A stretch of DNA of 64,000 nt, taken from contig OX597835.1 in NCBI GenBank assembly GCA_951406725.2, positions 12,772,001-12,836,000 on the forward strand, given 5' to 3'. How positions within the stretch are numbered: the first letter of the stretch is position 1; each line of letters opens with the position of its first letter. The notes beneath the pieces are model-generated. The model did not search any database, was not told where the DNA came from, and saw nothing but the letters and a program-made list of their open reading frames with translations. Both the position numbers and the translations under genes were made by a program. Positions 14,431 through 27,239 of the stretch are shown in pieces. Source of the DNA: Octopus vulgaris (taxonomy: Eukaryota).

Positions 14431-14468
<38 letters not shown>

Positions 14469-14838
14469 TAGACACAGATGTACACTCAATTTCGAAAAAA
14501 AGACAAATATTAATACTTTGAAAGAAAAATGGACACACACGCACACGCATGCACATATCACACACACATACACACACACACACATACACACACATACACA
14601 CACACATATACACACACACATATATACACATATACACACACACATATATACACACATACTGACGCATGCATACACCCACATACACACACATACACATACA
14701 CTTATTACATACACATATACACATACACACTTCTTGCAAATACGCAAATACAGGACCTCACACATACACAATTACACAATTACATATTCAGCCACACACA
14801 CGCACACACACACACACACGTACACACACACACACACT
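13880..14838. repeat. CA-rich microsatellite blocks with a duplicated unique island
   Basis: Visible; AAAAAAAGACAAATATTAA...GAAAGAAA..ATGGACAC occurs at about 13835 and about 14494. Confidence 0.9.
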
Positions 14839-14920
14839 TATCCTTCCTCTGAATGTGTAAATGTGAAGACGTTAAAAGTTTCTTTACCATAAACAAATGC
14901 TGAGTCAGTAACAGCAAAAA

Positions 14921-15962
14921 GGAGGAGGAAGAGGAGGGGGTAGAAGAGGAGGAGGAGGAGGAGGAGAAAAAGGAGATGAAGAAGAAGGTGGAGGAGGAAG
15001 AGGAGGAGGGGAGAAGAGGAGGAGGGGGAGGAAGAGGAGGAGGGGAGGAAGAGGAGGAGGAGGAGGAAGAGGAGGAAGAAGAGGGAGGAAGATGAGGAGG
15101 AAGAGAAGGAAGAGGAGGAGGAGGAGGAAGAGGAGATGGAGAAGAAGGTGGAGAAGGAAGAGGAGTAGGAGGAGGAAGAGGAGATGGAGAAGAAGGTGGA
15201 GAAGGAAGAGGAGGAGGAGGAAGAGGGGGGAGGAGATGAAGAAGGTGGAGAAGGAAGAGGAGGAAGAGGAGGAAGGGGAGGAGAAAGGGAAGAGGAGATG
15301 GAGAAGAAGGAGGAGAAGGAAGAGAAGGAAGGGGAGGAGAAAGGGAAGAGGAAGAAGAAAAAGAAGAGGAAGAAGAAGAGGAGTAGGAGGAAAAAGACGA
15401 AGAAGAGGAGAAGATGAGGAGGAGGAGATGAAGAAGATGTATCAACTGAACGTGAAATTAATCTGGGAAAACAGTTTTAGATGTTGCAGATCGATTTGTA
15501 AGATTATTGATGTGACAGAAAGGAAATGTAGTATGGGCGGTAGTGGTAGAGGTGGTGGTTGTAGAGTGTGTAGGAGAGGTGTGGTGTTGGTGGAGACTGT
15601 GATGGAGAGATGGAGAGGAGAGAGAGGGTGAGAGAGGAAGAAGAAGACAGAGAGGGATAGAGAGAGAGAGAAAGAGAGAGAGTGAAAGGAAGAGATAGAC
15701 AGAGAGAGAGAGAGAGAGAGAAAGGATGAGAGAAAGAGGGGGAGAGGGGGAGAGAGGATGAAAAAGACAAAGAGTGAGAGGGGATAGATAGAGAGTGAAT
15801 GAAAGAAAGAGATAGACAGAGAGAGAGATGGAAGACAGAGAGGATGAGAGAGAGAGAGAGGGTGAGAGAGGATGAAAAAGTCAAAGAGTGAGAGGGACAG
15901 AGTGAGAGAATGAGAGGTAGAGATAAACAGAGAGGGAGGGAAGACAGAGAGAGAGAGAGAGA
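14921..15962. repeat. Polypurine (GAG/GAA)n and (GA)n blocks
   Basis: Visible; source of the Glu/Arg-rich pseudo-ORFs. Confidence 0.93.
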
Positions 15963-16025
15963 GGATGTATTAATTATGTGTTGAGGAATAAGTAGTGTGG
16001 AGATAAATTATACAGAAGACTTTTA

Positions 16026-16440
16026 GTGTGTGCTTTGTGTGTGTGTGTGTATGTGTGTGTATGTGTGTGCGTGTGTGTGTATGTGTGTGTGAGTGTGCAT
16101 ATGTGTATGTGTATATATATCTAATTTGTGTGTGCGTATGTGTTGTGCACATGTGTGCGTGCGTGTGTGTATGTGTACGTGTGTGTATGTGTGTGTGTGC
16201 GTATGTGTGTGTGTGTATATGTCTGCTTTGTGTGTGCGTGTGAGCGTGCGCATATGTATGTGTGTATATAAGTCTGATTTGTGTGTGTGTATGTGTGCAT
16301 GCATGTGTATGTGTGTGTGTATGTGTGTGTGTGTATGTGTGTGTGTATGTGTGTGCATATGTGTATGTGTGTGTATGTGTGTGTGTATATGTCTGCTTTG
16401 TGTGTACGTGTGTGTGTGTGTGCATATGTGTGCATGTATA
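16026..16440. repeat. (TG)n-rich block
   Basis: Visible. Confidence 0.93.
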
Positions 16441-16686
16441 TATATGTTACACAATGCCAGACTCACGCTCTTGCCACCCAGTCCAGTGGCAAGAGCAGGT
16501 TGAGACAACTGGGGATGGAGACAGATGCAGTGGAAGACCCAAATGTCTTCTCTCCCTCATCATGTCCTCTGATCTCCACAACACTAAGGTGCTAATTAAC
16601 CCATAGCTGAGGATGTGAGGATGTGGGCTTCTTTCAGTTTCTGTCCACCAAATCCACTCACAAAGTAGAAGCAGTTCTCATGGGTT

Positions 16687-17282
16687 CATCATCATCATCA
16701 TCATCGTTTAACGTCTGTTTTCCATGCTAGCATGGGTTGGACGGTTCAACAGGGGTCTGGGAAGCCAGAAGGCTGCGCCGGGCCCAGTCTGATCTGGCAG
16801 TGTTTCTACAGCTGGATGCTCTTCCTAACGCCAACCACTCCAAGAGTGTAGTGGGTACTTTTTATGTGCCACCTACACAGGTGCCAGACGAGGCTGGCAA
16901 ACGGCCATGATCTGATGGTGCTTTTTACGTGCCACCGGCATGGGGCCAGATGAGGCTGGCAAACGGCCATGATCGGATGGTGCTGTTTACGTGCCACCGG
17001 CATGGGGGCCAGGCGAGGCTGGCAACGGCCACGATTGGATGGTGCTTTTTACGTACCACCGGCATGGAGGCCAGTCAGGGTGGCGCTGGCAACAGCTACG
17101 TTCAGATAGTTCTCTTACGTGCCACCGGCACTGGTATCTCAGCTACAATTTCCATTGATGTTGAAAGATTTCGATTTCGATTTTCACTTGCCTCAACAGG
17201 TCTTCACAAGTAGGGTTTGTGTCACAAGAAGGAAAGGTATGCATAAGTGGGCTGGCTACGTCCCAGGTAGAGGCCACGGGTT
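16687..17282 (-). mobile_element. SINE-like family B, long copy with internal ~56-60-bp tandem units
   Basis: (CAT)n tail, family B core, about 4 copies of GCCAG..GAGGCTGGCAA.CGGCCA.GATCGGATGGTGCTTTTTACGTGCCACCGGCA. Confidence 0.85.
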
Positions 17283-18074
17283 CAGTAGACTAAATGGTAA
17301 AGGCACTGCTCTGGAGGCTGGCAAGGGGGATGCTTTTTGAATTGACTAAGGACTATCTTGTAATTTTGAGATTTTGATGACGGATTGCTTATATTTGAAA
17401 TATCATTGTAGGGTAGGTATGAGAGGACAGATGTGGCCAGGTTAATTGCTAAAAGAGTTAAGTTCACACCTGTGTTGTAATATCATACATGTAATGAATG
17501 CAAGCTCTCGTTTGGTGATTACACTTCAGGAATTTCACTGTCGTGTAGCAACAACTGTAGACAACTGTGAGGTAAACGCAGTTAGCTGAGTAATAACTGT
17601 ATTATCACAGAGACTATTACCAACTCAACTTAATTGCAATACCAGAAGTTCATAAGTTTAACCAAACACTAACTTCAAATCATCACAGTCACTCTGTGCA
17701 TGTTTTTTATTTTTATTTTTTAGCTAGTTACACATAAAAAGACTTTGGAAACTTCAAAAGATCTTCAAACACTAAATTGGTGATATTTTCAAACTACTTA
17801 GAACATAGACTTTAACTACAAACTATTGCATCTAAACATTGCGGCTTTTGTTTTTTAGTTCTACCCTGCGTTAATTGCTGTTAACATGGTTTTATTTTTT
17901 CCTTTTTCTAAAGCAGCATTTCCTTTCATCCCTGTCTCTCTCTCTCTCTCTCTCACATCGCTTCTCTCTCTCTCTCTCTCTTTCTTTAAACTATATATAT
18001 AGGTGTAATACACCCATCCACACCTACCCACGTGCACATACTCATACTTACTCACACACATACACACACGTATC

Positions 18075-18485
18075 TCTTTACTCTTTTACTCTTTTACTTG
18101 TTTCAGTCATTTGACTGCGGCCATGCTGGAGCACCGCCTTTAGTCGAGCAAATCGACCCCGGGACTTATTCTTTGTAAGCCCAGTACTTATTCTATCGGT
18201 CTCTTTTGCCGAACCGCGAAGTAACGGGGACGTAAACACACCAGCATCGGTTGTCAAGCAATGCTAAGGGGACAAACACAGATACACAAACATATACACA
18301 CACACTTATATATATATATATACATATAACGACAGGCTTCTTTCAGTTTCCGTCTACCAAATCCACTCACAAGGCATTGGTCGGCTATAGCAGAAGACAC
18401 TTGCCCAAGATGCCACGCAGTGGGACTGAACCCGGAACCATGTGGTTGGTTAGCAAGCTACTTACCACACAGCCACTCCTGCGCC
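18075..18485 (-). mobile_element. SINE family A, full length
   Basis: Reverse complement of family A, head ending ...CAGCCACTCCTGCGCC. Confidence 0.9.
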
Positions 18486-18651
18486 TGGAGGTGTAGTGGT
18501 TTGTATGTTCAGCCCATGAAATGATGTATTCAATTCTTGGACCAGACATCACTTTGTGTCCTTTAGCCAGGCACTTCATTTTACATTGCCTCAGTCTGCT
18601 TAGCTGTAAATGAGTACCTGCTGAGGTCTGATGCAACTTCCCAATCTCCCT

Positions 18652-18693
<42 letters not shown>

Positions 18694-18815
18694 TTCTCTT
18701 CTCAGTCATCAAACCTGTAACGTTCACCTGAGTGAAAGGCAGGTGGGCTAAGATGGCATCTATATGTGCTCACAGCCACATAAGCACCCAAAACAATCAA
18801 TGAAAACATCGTACA

Positions 18816-19221
18816 AGGCACAGGAGTGGCTGTGTGGTAAGTAGCTTGTTTACCAACCACATGGTTCTGGGTTCAGTCCCACTGCGTGGCACCTTGGGCA
18901 AGTGTCTTCTACTATAGCCTCGAGCCGACAAAAGCCTTGTGAGTGGATTTGGTAAACGTAAACTGAAAGAAGCCCATCGTATATATGTATATATATATAT
19001 GTATGTGCGTGTATGTTTGTGTGTCTGTGTTTGTCCCCCTAGCATTGTTTGACAACTGATGCTGGTGTGTTTATGTCCTTGTCACTTAGCGGTTCGGCAA
19101 AAGAGACCAATAGAATAAGTACTGGGCTTACAAAGAATAAGTCCCAGGGTCGAGTTGCTCAATTAAAGGCGGTGCTCCAGCATGGCTGCAGTCAAAATGA
19201 CTGAAACAAGTAAAAAAAGAG
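18816..19221 (+). mobile_element. SINE family A, full length
   Basis: Complete head, internal microsatellite and tail. Confidence 0.9.
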
Positions 19222-19264
19222 AAAGGTACCAGGGCATATTTACTTGCAAGTGGGGGCTACGGTT

Positions 19265-20626
19265 TCATCTCTTCTCCACCTGTCATATCTCTTCTCCATC
19301 CTTATCTATTTTCCTTTCTCGTTAACCACTTCCCTTTTTCCATCCTTATCTATTTTCACCTGTCATGATATATTTCTCCATCCTTACACGTTTTCAGGTC
19401 ATGTTAGTAATACACATTTATTTCTCTGTTCTTACCTATTTTCACCTCTCATTAGCAATATCTGTCTCTCTTTCTTAACCTGTTTTCACATCTTGTTAGC
19501 AACAAACATTTATTTCTAGACCCATATCTGTTTATACCTCTCCTTAGCAAAACAACATATCTATTTCTCCATCTTTACATGCATATATTCTGCCATCCTT
19601 ACCTGTTTTACCTGTTTTTACCCCTCATTTGCAACATATATTTCTCCATTCTTTTTACATCTTGTTAGCAACACACATCTATCTCTCCATCTTTACCTTA
19701 ACAAAACACCTCAATTTCCCCATCTTTTGTTAGCAACATACTTCTTTGTTAGCAACATACTTCTCTTTCACTACTCTCACCTATTTTCAACTCTCCTTGG
19801 CAACATACATCTAATTCTAAATCCCTACCTGTTTTCACCTGTCATTTGCAATATATACTTCTCCATTCTTTTTACATCTCGTTAGCAACACACATCTTGC
19901 TCTCCATCTTTACCTGTTTACACCTCTCCTTAACAAAACGCTTCAATTTCTCCATCCTTTGTTAGCAACATACTTCTATTTCACCACCCTCATCTATTTT
20001 CATCTCTCCTTGGCAATGTACATCTATTTCTAAATCCCTACCTGTTTTCACTTCTCATTTGCAACATATATTTCTCCATTCTTTTTACATCTCGTTAGCA
20101 ACACACATCTATCTCTCCATCATCATCATCATCATCATTTAGCATCCGCTTTCCATGCTAGCATGGGTTGGACGGTTCAACTGAGGTCAGGGAAGCCAGA
20201 AGGCTGCTTTACCTGTTTACACCTCTCCTTAACAAAACACCTCAATTTCCCCATCCTTTGTTAGCAACATACTTCTCTTTCACCACTCTCACCTATTTTC
20301 ATCTCTCCTTGGCAACATACATCTATTTCTAAATCCTTACCTGTTTACACCTCTCATTTGCAACATATATTTCCCCATCCTTTTTACATCTTGTTAGCAA
20401 CACACATCCATCTCTCCATCTTTACCTGTATACACCTCTCCTTAGCAAAACACCTCAATTTCTCCATCCTTTGTTAGCAACATACTTCTATTTCTCCAGC
20501 CTCATCTATTTTCATCTCTCCTTGGCAACATACATCTATTTCTAAATCCCTACCTGTTTTCACTTCTCATTTGCAACATATATTTCTCCATTCTTTTTAT
20601 ATCTCGTTAGCAACACACATCTATCT

Positions 20627-20662
<36 letters not shown>

Positions 20663-21955
20663 TTAGCATCCGCTTTCCATGCTAGCATGGGTTGGACAGT
20701 TCAACTGAGGTCTGGGAAGCCAGAAGGCTGCTTTACCTGTTTTCACCTCTCCTTAGCAAAACACCTCAATTTCTCCATCCATCCTTTGTTAGCAACATAC
20801 TTCTATTTCTCCAGCCTCACCTATTTTCATCTCTCCTTGGCAACATACATCTATTTCTAAATCCCTACCTGTTTTCACTTCTCATTTGCAACATATATTT
20901 CTCCATTCTTTTTACATCTCGTTAGCAACACACATCTATCTCTCCATCATCATCATCATCATCATTTAGCGTCTGCTTTCCATGCTAGCATGGGTTGGAC
21001 GGTTCAACTGAGGTTTGGGAAGCCAGAAGGCTGCTTTACCTGTTTTCACCTCTCCTTAACAAAACACCTCAATTTCTTCATCCTTATTTTGTTAGCAACA
21101 TACTTCTATTTCTCCAGCCTCACCTATTTTCATCTCTCCTTGGCAACGTACATCTATTTCTAAATCCCTACCTGTTTTCACCTCTCATTTGCAACATAAA
21201 TTTCTCCATTCTTTTTACATTTTGTTAGCAACGCACATCTATCTCTCCATCTTTACATGTTTACACCTCTCCTTAGCAAAACACCTCAATTTCTCCATCC
21301 TTTGTTAGCAACACACTTCTATTTCTCCAGCCTCACCTATTTTCATCTCTCCTTGGCAACATACCTCTATTTCTAAATCCCTACCTGTTTTCACCTCTCA
21401 TTTGCAACATATATTTCTCCATTCTTTTTACATCTCGTTAGCAACACACATCTATCTCTCCATCTTTACCTGTTTACACCTCTCCTTAACAAAACACCTC
21501 AATTTCTCCATCCTTTGTTAGCAACATACTTCTATTTCTCCAGCCTCACCTATTTTCATCTCTCCTTGGCAGCATACATCTATTTCTAAATCCCTACCTG
21601 TTTTCACCTCTCATTTGCAACATAAATTTCTCCATTCTTTTTACATCTCGTTAGCAACACACATCTATCTCTCCATCATCATCATCATCATCATTTAGCA
21701 TCCGCTTTCCATGCTAGCATGGGTTGGACAGTTCAACTGAGGTCTGGGAAGCCAGAACGCTGCTTTACCTGTTTTCACCTCTCCTTAGCAAAACACCTCA
21801 ATTTCTCCATCCATCCTTTGTTAGCAACATACTTCTACTATTTCTCCAGCCTCACCTATTTTCATCTCTCCTTGGCAACATACATCTATTTCTAAATCCC
21901 TACCTGTTTACACCTCTCGTTAACAACGCACACACCTATATCTCCATCCTTGCTA
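19265..21955. repeat. Tandem array, 213-bp unit built from ~40-50-bp subrepeats, with four copies of a captured SINE fragment
   Basis: Unit period 21251 to 21464; family B fragments at about 20117, 20630, 20945 and 21674. Confidence 0.93.
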
Positions 21956-22309
21956 CTAAAAACATAAAAAAGAAACAATATTTTGCTACTGTTTGCATTT
22001 CCCTTGTGAATCTACGGAACACAATCTCTAATATAATTGCTGTCCAGTTCTAATACATTCTTGTGTTTCCTGATTCTAATCAGTTCAGCTCACAGGAAAA
22101 TAGACTCACAGAAAGACATGCTAGATATGGTATGGCCAGACATCACTGCAGCTAAATTTTTTTTTAATTCTAATACAACACCACCAACCCTGCAGACATC
22201 TGGCACTAATAAGATATTGGTCTCTTGTGGCAAAACTCTCATGTGATCAGCTTTCAACCATTCTTCTCTATGTTATAACATTATACGATGGCTTTTGTTT
22301 GTTGTTGTT

Positions 22310-22328
22310 GATGATAGTGATGATGATG

Positions 22329-22359
<31 letters not shown>

Positions 22360-22492
22360 TGATAATTTTAATAACAATATTGATAATAATAATAATAATG
22401 ATAATAATAATGATAATAATAATAGTAGTAGTAGTAGTAGTAATGATGATGATGATAACGATGATAATAATAATAATGATAATAATAATAAC

Positions 22493-22549
<57 letters not shown>

Positions 22550-23408
22550 CCACCACCACCAACAACAACAATAATAATAATAATAATAATAATGATGATG
22601 ATGATGATGATGATGATGATCATAAAAACAATAATAATGATAATAATAATAATAGGATGCAAAGATGAAAAAGTACAGACTATTAAAAGATGAAATTGAA
22701 AGAATGTAGGTAGTTGGGAGAGTGTCTGTTATCCCAGTAGTTGTAGGGGCACTCAGAGCACTAACAGAGCACATGGGTTGGACGGTTTGACTGGGCTGGC
22801 ATGCTGGAAGGCTGTGCTAGGTTTCAGTCTGATTTGGCATGGTTTTCTAAGGCTGGATGCCCTTCCTAATGGCAACCACTCCGAGAGTGTAATGGATGTT
22901 TTTATGTGCCGCCAGCGCAGGTGCCATTTGCGCGACACCAGTATCTGTCACGATTATTATTTTGCTTGGCTCGCTGGGGTCTTCTTCTCAAGCATGACAT
23001 AATGTCAAAGGTTTTGGTCATTGCCCAACATTCGAAAGAAACTCAGCCAATTTGCCCCCATGGGGCCCAGTGCTTGAAAGGAAATCAGCTACCTTGCCGC
23101 TGTGAGGCCCAACACTTGAAATACGTCAGAAAAATTGGAATTGACATGAGAGCAGAAAAAGGCCCCCAAAAAACTGCTCTATTGGGGACAGCCAAGATTT
23201 TCAGATCGGTGTTTGAGTATTGAATGTCTTTCACAATAATTAACAACCAATTGTCAATGGCTTATAATGTACGGAAAGAGACCCTGCGAAACCTCTGACA
23301 ACAGGCTGCTGTCCACTATCACAGAATCAACCAGAACAAGTAAGATCGAGGGTTCTGAGAAGTAAAATAATAATAATAATAATAATAATGATAATAACGA
23401 TAATAATG

Positions 23409-23462
<54 letters not shown>

Positions 23463-23508
23463 GTAATAATAATAATAATAGTAATAATAACAATAACAAA
23501 TGATGATG

Positions 23509-23545
<37 letters not shown>

Positions 23546-23563
23546 TAATAACAATAACAAATG

Positions 23564-23612
<49 letters not shown>

Positions 23613-23788
23613 TAATAACGATAATAAAGATAATAATAATAATAATAATGATAATAATAATAATCTTAATAATAATAATAATAATAATAATGATAATAAC
23701 AATAACAAATGATAATAATAATAACAATAACAAATGATGATGATAATAATAATAATAATAGTAATAATAACAATAACAAATGATGATG

Positions 23789-23828
<40 letters not shown>

Positions 23829-23846
23829 TAATAACAATAACAAATG

Positions 23847-23892
<46 letters not shown>

Positions 23893-23930
23893 TAATAACG
23901 ATAATAAAGATAATAATAATAATAATAATG

Positions 23931-23979
<49 letters not shown>

Positions 23980-23997
23980 TAATAATAATAACAAATG

Positions 23998-24046
<49 letters not shown>

Positions 24047-24124
24047 TAATAATAATAATAATAATAATAATCTTAATCTTAATAATAATAATAATAATAA
24101 TAATGATAATAACAATAACAAATG

Positions 24125-24164
<40 letters not shown>

Positions 24165-24182
24165 TAATAACAATAACAAATG

Positions 24183-24225
<43 letters not shown>

Positions 24226-24257
24226 CAACAATAATAATAATAATAATAATAATAATC

Positions 24258-24296
<39 letters not shown>

Positions 24297-24339
24297 GTAA
24301 TAATAATAATAATAATAATGATAATAACAATAACAAATG

Positions 24340-24382
<43 letters not shown>

Positions 24383-24391
24383 TAACAAATG

Positions 24392-24432
<41 letters not shown>
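22310..24432. repeat. (AAT)n arrays flanking a LINE fragment
   Basis: 22310-22654 and 23366-24432. Confidence 0.95.
22655..23365 (+). mobile_element. 5'-truncated R4/Dong-like non-LTR retrotransposon (end of the restriction-like endonuclease domain plus 3' UTR), interrupted by a family B SINE at about 22772-23110
   Basis: Translates as KMKKYRLLKDEIERM*VVGRVSVIPVVVGALRAL...LKYVRKIGIDMRAEKGPQKTALLGTAKIFRSVF*, matching the K..KY..L..E...W...V.VIP+V+GALG...QK..LLGTA.I+R.+L C-terminus of R4-clade ORFs; TAA repeats on both sides. Confidence 0.8.
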
Positions 24433-24473
24433 TACTATCACTAATAATTACTATTATTATTAGTGATAGTAAT

Positions 24474-24765
24474 GCGTGTAAGAGTGGCTGTGAGGTAAGA
24501 AGCTTCCCTCCGAACAACATGGTTCTGGGTTCAGTCCCACTGCATGGCACTTTAGGTAAGTGTCTTCTGCTATAACCATAGGCTGAAAAAAGGCTTGTGA
24601 GTGGATTTGGTAGATGGAAACTGAAAGAAACCTGTCATACACACATTGCCTTTCATCCCTTTTGAGGTCGATAAATTAAGTACCAGTGAAACACTGGGGG
24701 GGCCAATGTAATCGATTAATCCCCCCTCCCCAAATTTCAGGCCTTGTGCCTTTAATAGAATGGAT
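24474..24765 (+). mobile_element. SINE family A 5' half plus a family C-related 3' fragment
   Basis: Family A head 24474-24637; GCCTTTCATCCCTTTGAGGTCGATAAATTAAGTACC from about 24648. Confidence 0.75.
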
Positions 24766-24774
24766 TATTATCAT

Positions 24775-24778
24775 TCTT

Positions 24779-24809
<31 letters not shown>

Positions 24810-24818
24810 TTATTATTA

Positions 24819-24880
<62 letters not shown>

Positions 24881-24897
24881 CATCATCATCATCATCA

Positions 24898-24940
<43 letters not shown>

Positions 24941-24951
24941 CATCATCATCA

Positions 24952-24988
<37 letters not shown>

Positions 24989-25011
24989 CATCATCATCAT
25001 CATCATCATCA

Positions 25012-25063
<52 letters not shown>

Positions 25064-25080
25064 CATCATTATTATTATTA

Positions 25081-25111
<31 letters not shown>

Positions 25112-25126
25112 CATTATTTATTATTA

Positions 25127-25158
<32 letters not shown>

Positions 25159-25160
25159 TA
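24775..25160. repeat. (TTC)/(TTA)/(TCA)n microsatellite
   Basis: Visible. Confidence 0.95.
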
Positions 25161-25427
25161 GTTTCCTGAAAGAAACAGAATGAAGAGAGAAGAAATAAGA
25201 AACATCGATTCTATCAAGCTCGCTGTTTTCTTGATATGGTGGTGGTGGGTGCAGGGCTATGGGGATAATGGGGTGAAGTGGGGGTGTTGTGTTTCCCTGA
25301 TATCATTTTATATGAGATATCACATACTGTGTATGATATGACTCATATTCTGTAGTTTATAATATACGAGGTGTATTTATTTGAAAATTTATAACTTGAT
25401 ATTTTCTTCAAATTTTATTACTTTTTG

Positions 25428-26345
25428 TGTGGTGGTGGTGGTAGTGGTGGTGGTTGTTATGGTGGGGTGGGTGGTGGTGGTTGTGGTGGTAGTGGTGATG
25501 GTGGTGGCAATGATAATTGTGGTGATGGTGGTGGTGGTGGTAGTGGTGATGGTGATGGTGGTGGTGGTGGTAGTGGTGATGGTGGTGGTGGCGGTAGTGG
25601 TGATGGTGATGGTGGTGGTGGTGGTGGTGATGGTGGTGGTGGTGGTAGTGGTGGTGGTTGTGGTGGTGGTGATGGTGGGGGTGGGGGTGGGATTGGTAGT
25701 GGTTGTGGTGGTGGTGGTGGTGGTGGTAGTGGTGGGGGTGGTAGTGGTGATGGTGGTGGTGGTGGTGGTAGTGGTGGTGGTTGTGGTGGTGGTGGTGGGG
25801 GTGGTAGTGGTGATGGTGGTGGTGGTGGTGGTAGTGGTGGTGGTTGTGGTTGTGGTGGTGGTGGTAGTGGTGATGGTGATGGTGGTGGTGGTGGTGGTGG
25901 TATTGGTGATGGTGATGGTGGTGGTGGTGGTAGTGGGGATGGTGATGGTGGTGGTGGTGATGGTGGTGGTAGTGGTGATGGTGATGGTGGGTGGTGGTGG
26001 TGGTGGTGGTATTGGTGATGGTGGTGGTGGTAGTGGTGGCAATGATAATTGTGGTGATGGTGGTGGTAGTGGTGGCAATGATAATTGTGGTGATGGTGGT
26101 GGTGGTGGTAGTGGTGGTGCTTGTGGTGGTGGTGGTGGTGGAGGTCATGTTGGTGGTGAAGTTGTTGCAAGTTGTTGTTGTCTGCTGCTCACGCAGAAGG
26201 TGATAGTGGTGGTAAAGATGTTGTTGTTGTTGTTGGTGGTGGTGGTGAAGATGTTGGCTTTGGTGTTGGTTGTTGTTGTTATTGTTGTCAACTGCACACA
26301 CAGAAGGTGGTGGTGGTGGCAGTGGTTCTGGTGATGGTGGCACTG
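25428..26345. repeat. (GGT)n-rich block
   Basis: Visible; source of the poly-Val/Gly/Thr/His pseudo-ORFs. Confidence 0.95.
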
Positions 26346-26734
26346 GTGGTAGTTATGCCGTTGTCATTGTTGTTGTCTGTCGTTGCTGTTATCAGACACA
26401 CACACACATACACACACACATGCACACACACATGCACACACTGATGTGATGATAATGATGATGATGATGATAGTGGTGTTGTTGGCAGTTTTAATAAATT
26501 AAATATTTCCCAATGTCTCCCAGTGTTATCCTTCAATATATAAAGGAGTCTGCAGACACTCGGTGCTGCCAAGGCTCACACCATTCCCATCCAAAGTCTC
26601 CCTCTAATATTCTCCCACATCATGGCAGTGTTATTGAGGAAGTCTTCTTCCTAATCGTCTTGTTCCAGGTTCAATACTAAACCACGAAACTTTCTGGAAG
26701 TGGTTCTCGTAAAAGCCTCTGAATTCTTTATCTT

Positions 26735-26959
26735 TTAATTTTTTTTTACTTGTCTCAGTCATTTGAATGTGGCCTTGCTGGGGCAGTGCCTTGAAGGGTT
26801 TTACTTGAACAAATCAACCCCAGGATTTATACTTTTCAAATTTGGTCCCTATTCTCTTGGTTTCCTTCGGCCAAACTGCTAAGTTATGGGGACGTAAACA
26901 CACCAACACGGGTTGTCAGGTGGTGGAGGGGGATAAACACAGACATAAACACACACACA

Positions 26960-26960
<1 letters not shown>
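26735..26960 (-). mobile_element. SINE family A 3' half (diverged)
   Basis: Reverse complement of the family A tail. Confidence 0.75.
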
Positions 26961-27005
<45 letters not shown>

Positions 27006-27009
27006 TAGA

Positions 27010-27210
27010 TCGTTAGCACCTACACGCATTTTTTTCTTTCCTTGTTTCTATCCTTGTTTCTTTTCTGTGTATCTTTCTGTCGAAGAGCGTAGGCTCGAAA
27101 CGTAAAAGACTTGTTCTATTTCTATTCCTGAGCGCCATACTAATACATTTGTTTGTTTGTACTCCACCTGCCTTTGTCTTTTGTTTATTTTCGTAAACTT
27201 TCCCATTATA
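27010..27210 (+). mobile_element. Probable Penelope-like terminal-repeat fragment with a minimal hammerhead-like motif
   Basis: TCTTTCTGTCGAAGAGCGTAGGCTCGAAACGTAAAAGA (27072-27109), embedded between (TA)n runs. Confidence 0.6.
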
Positions 27211-27239
27211 TATATATATATATACATACACATATGTAT

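Noticed and set aside
25381-26343. Long 200-317 aa Val/Gly/Thr/His/Pro-rich ORFs
   Set aside because: Open in several frames on both strands because of (GGT)n; the same holds for ORFs over AAT, CATA, GAG and TA tracts throughout.
26480-26640. Second R4-like C-terminal remnant
   Set aside because: Similarity is too degenerate to support by eye.
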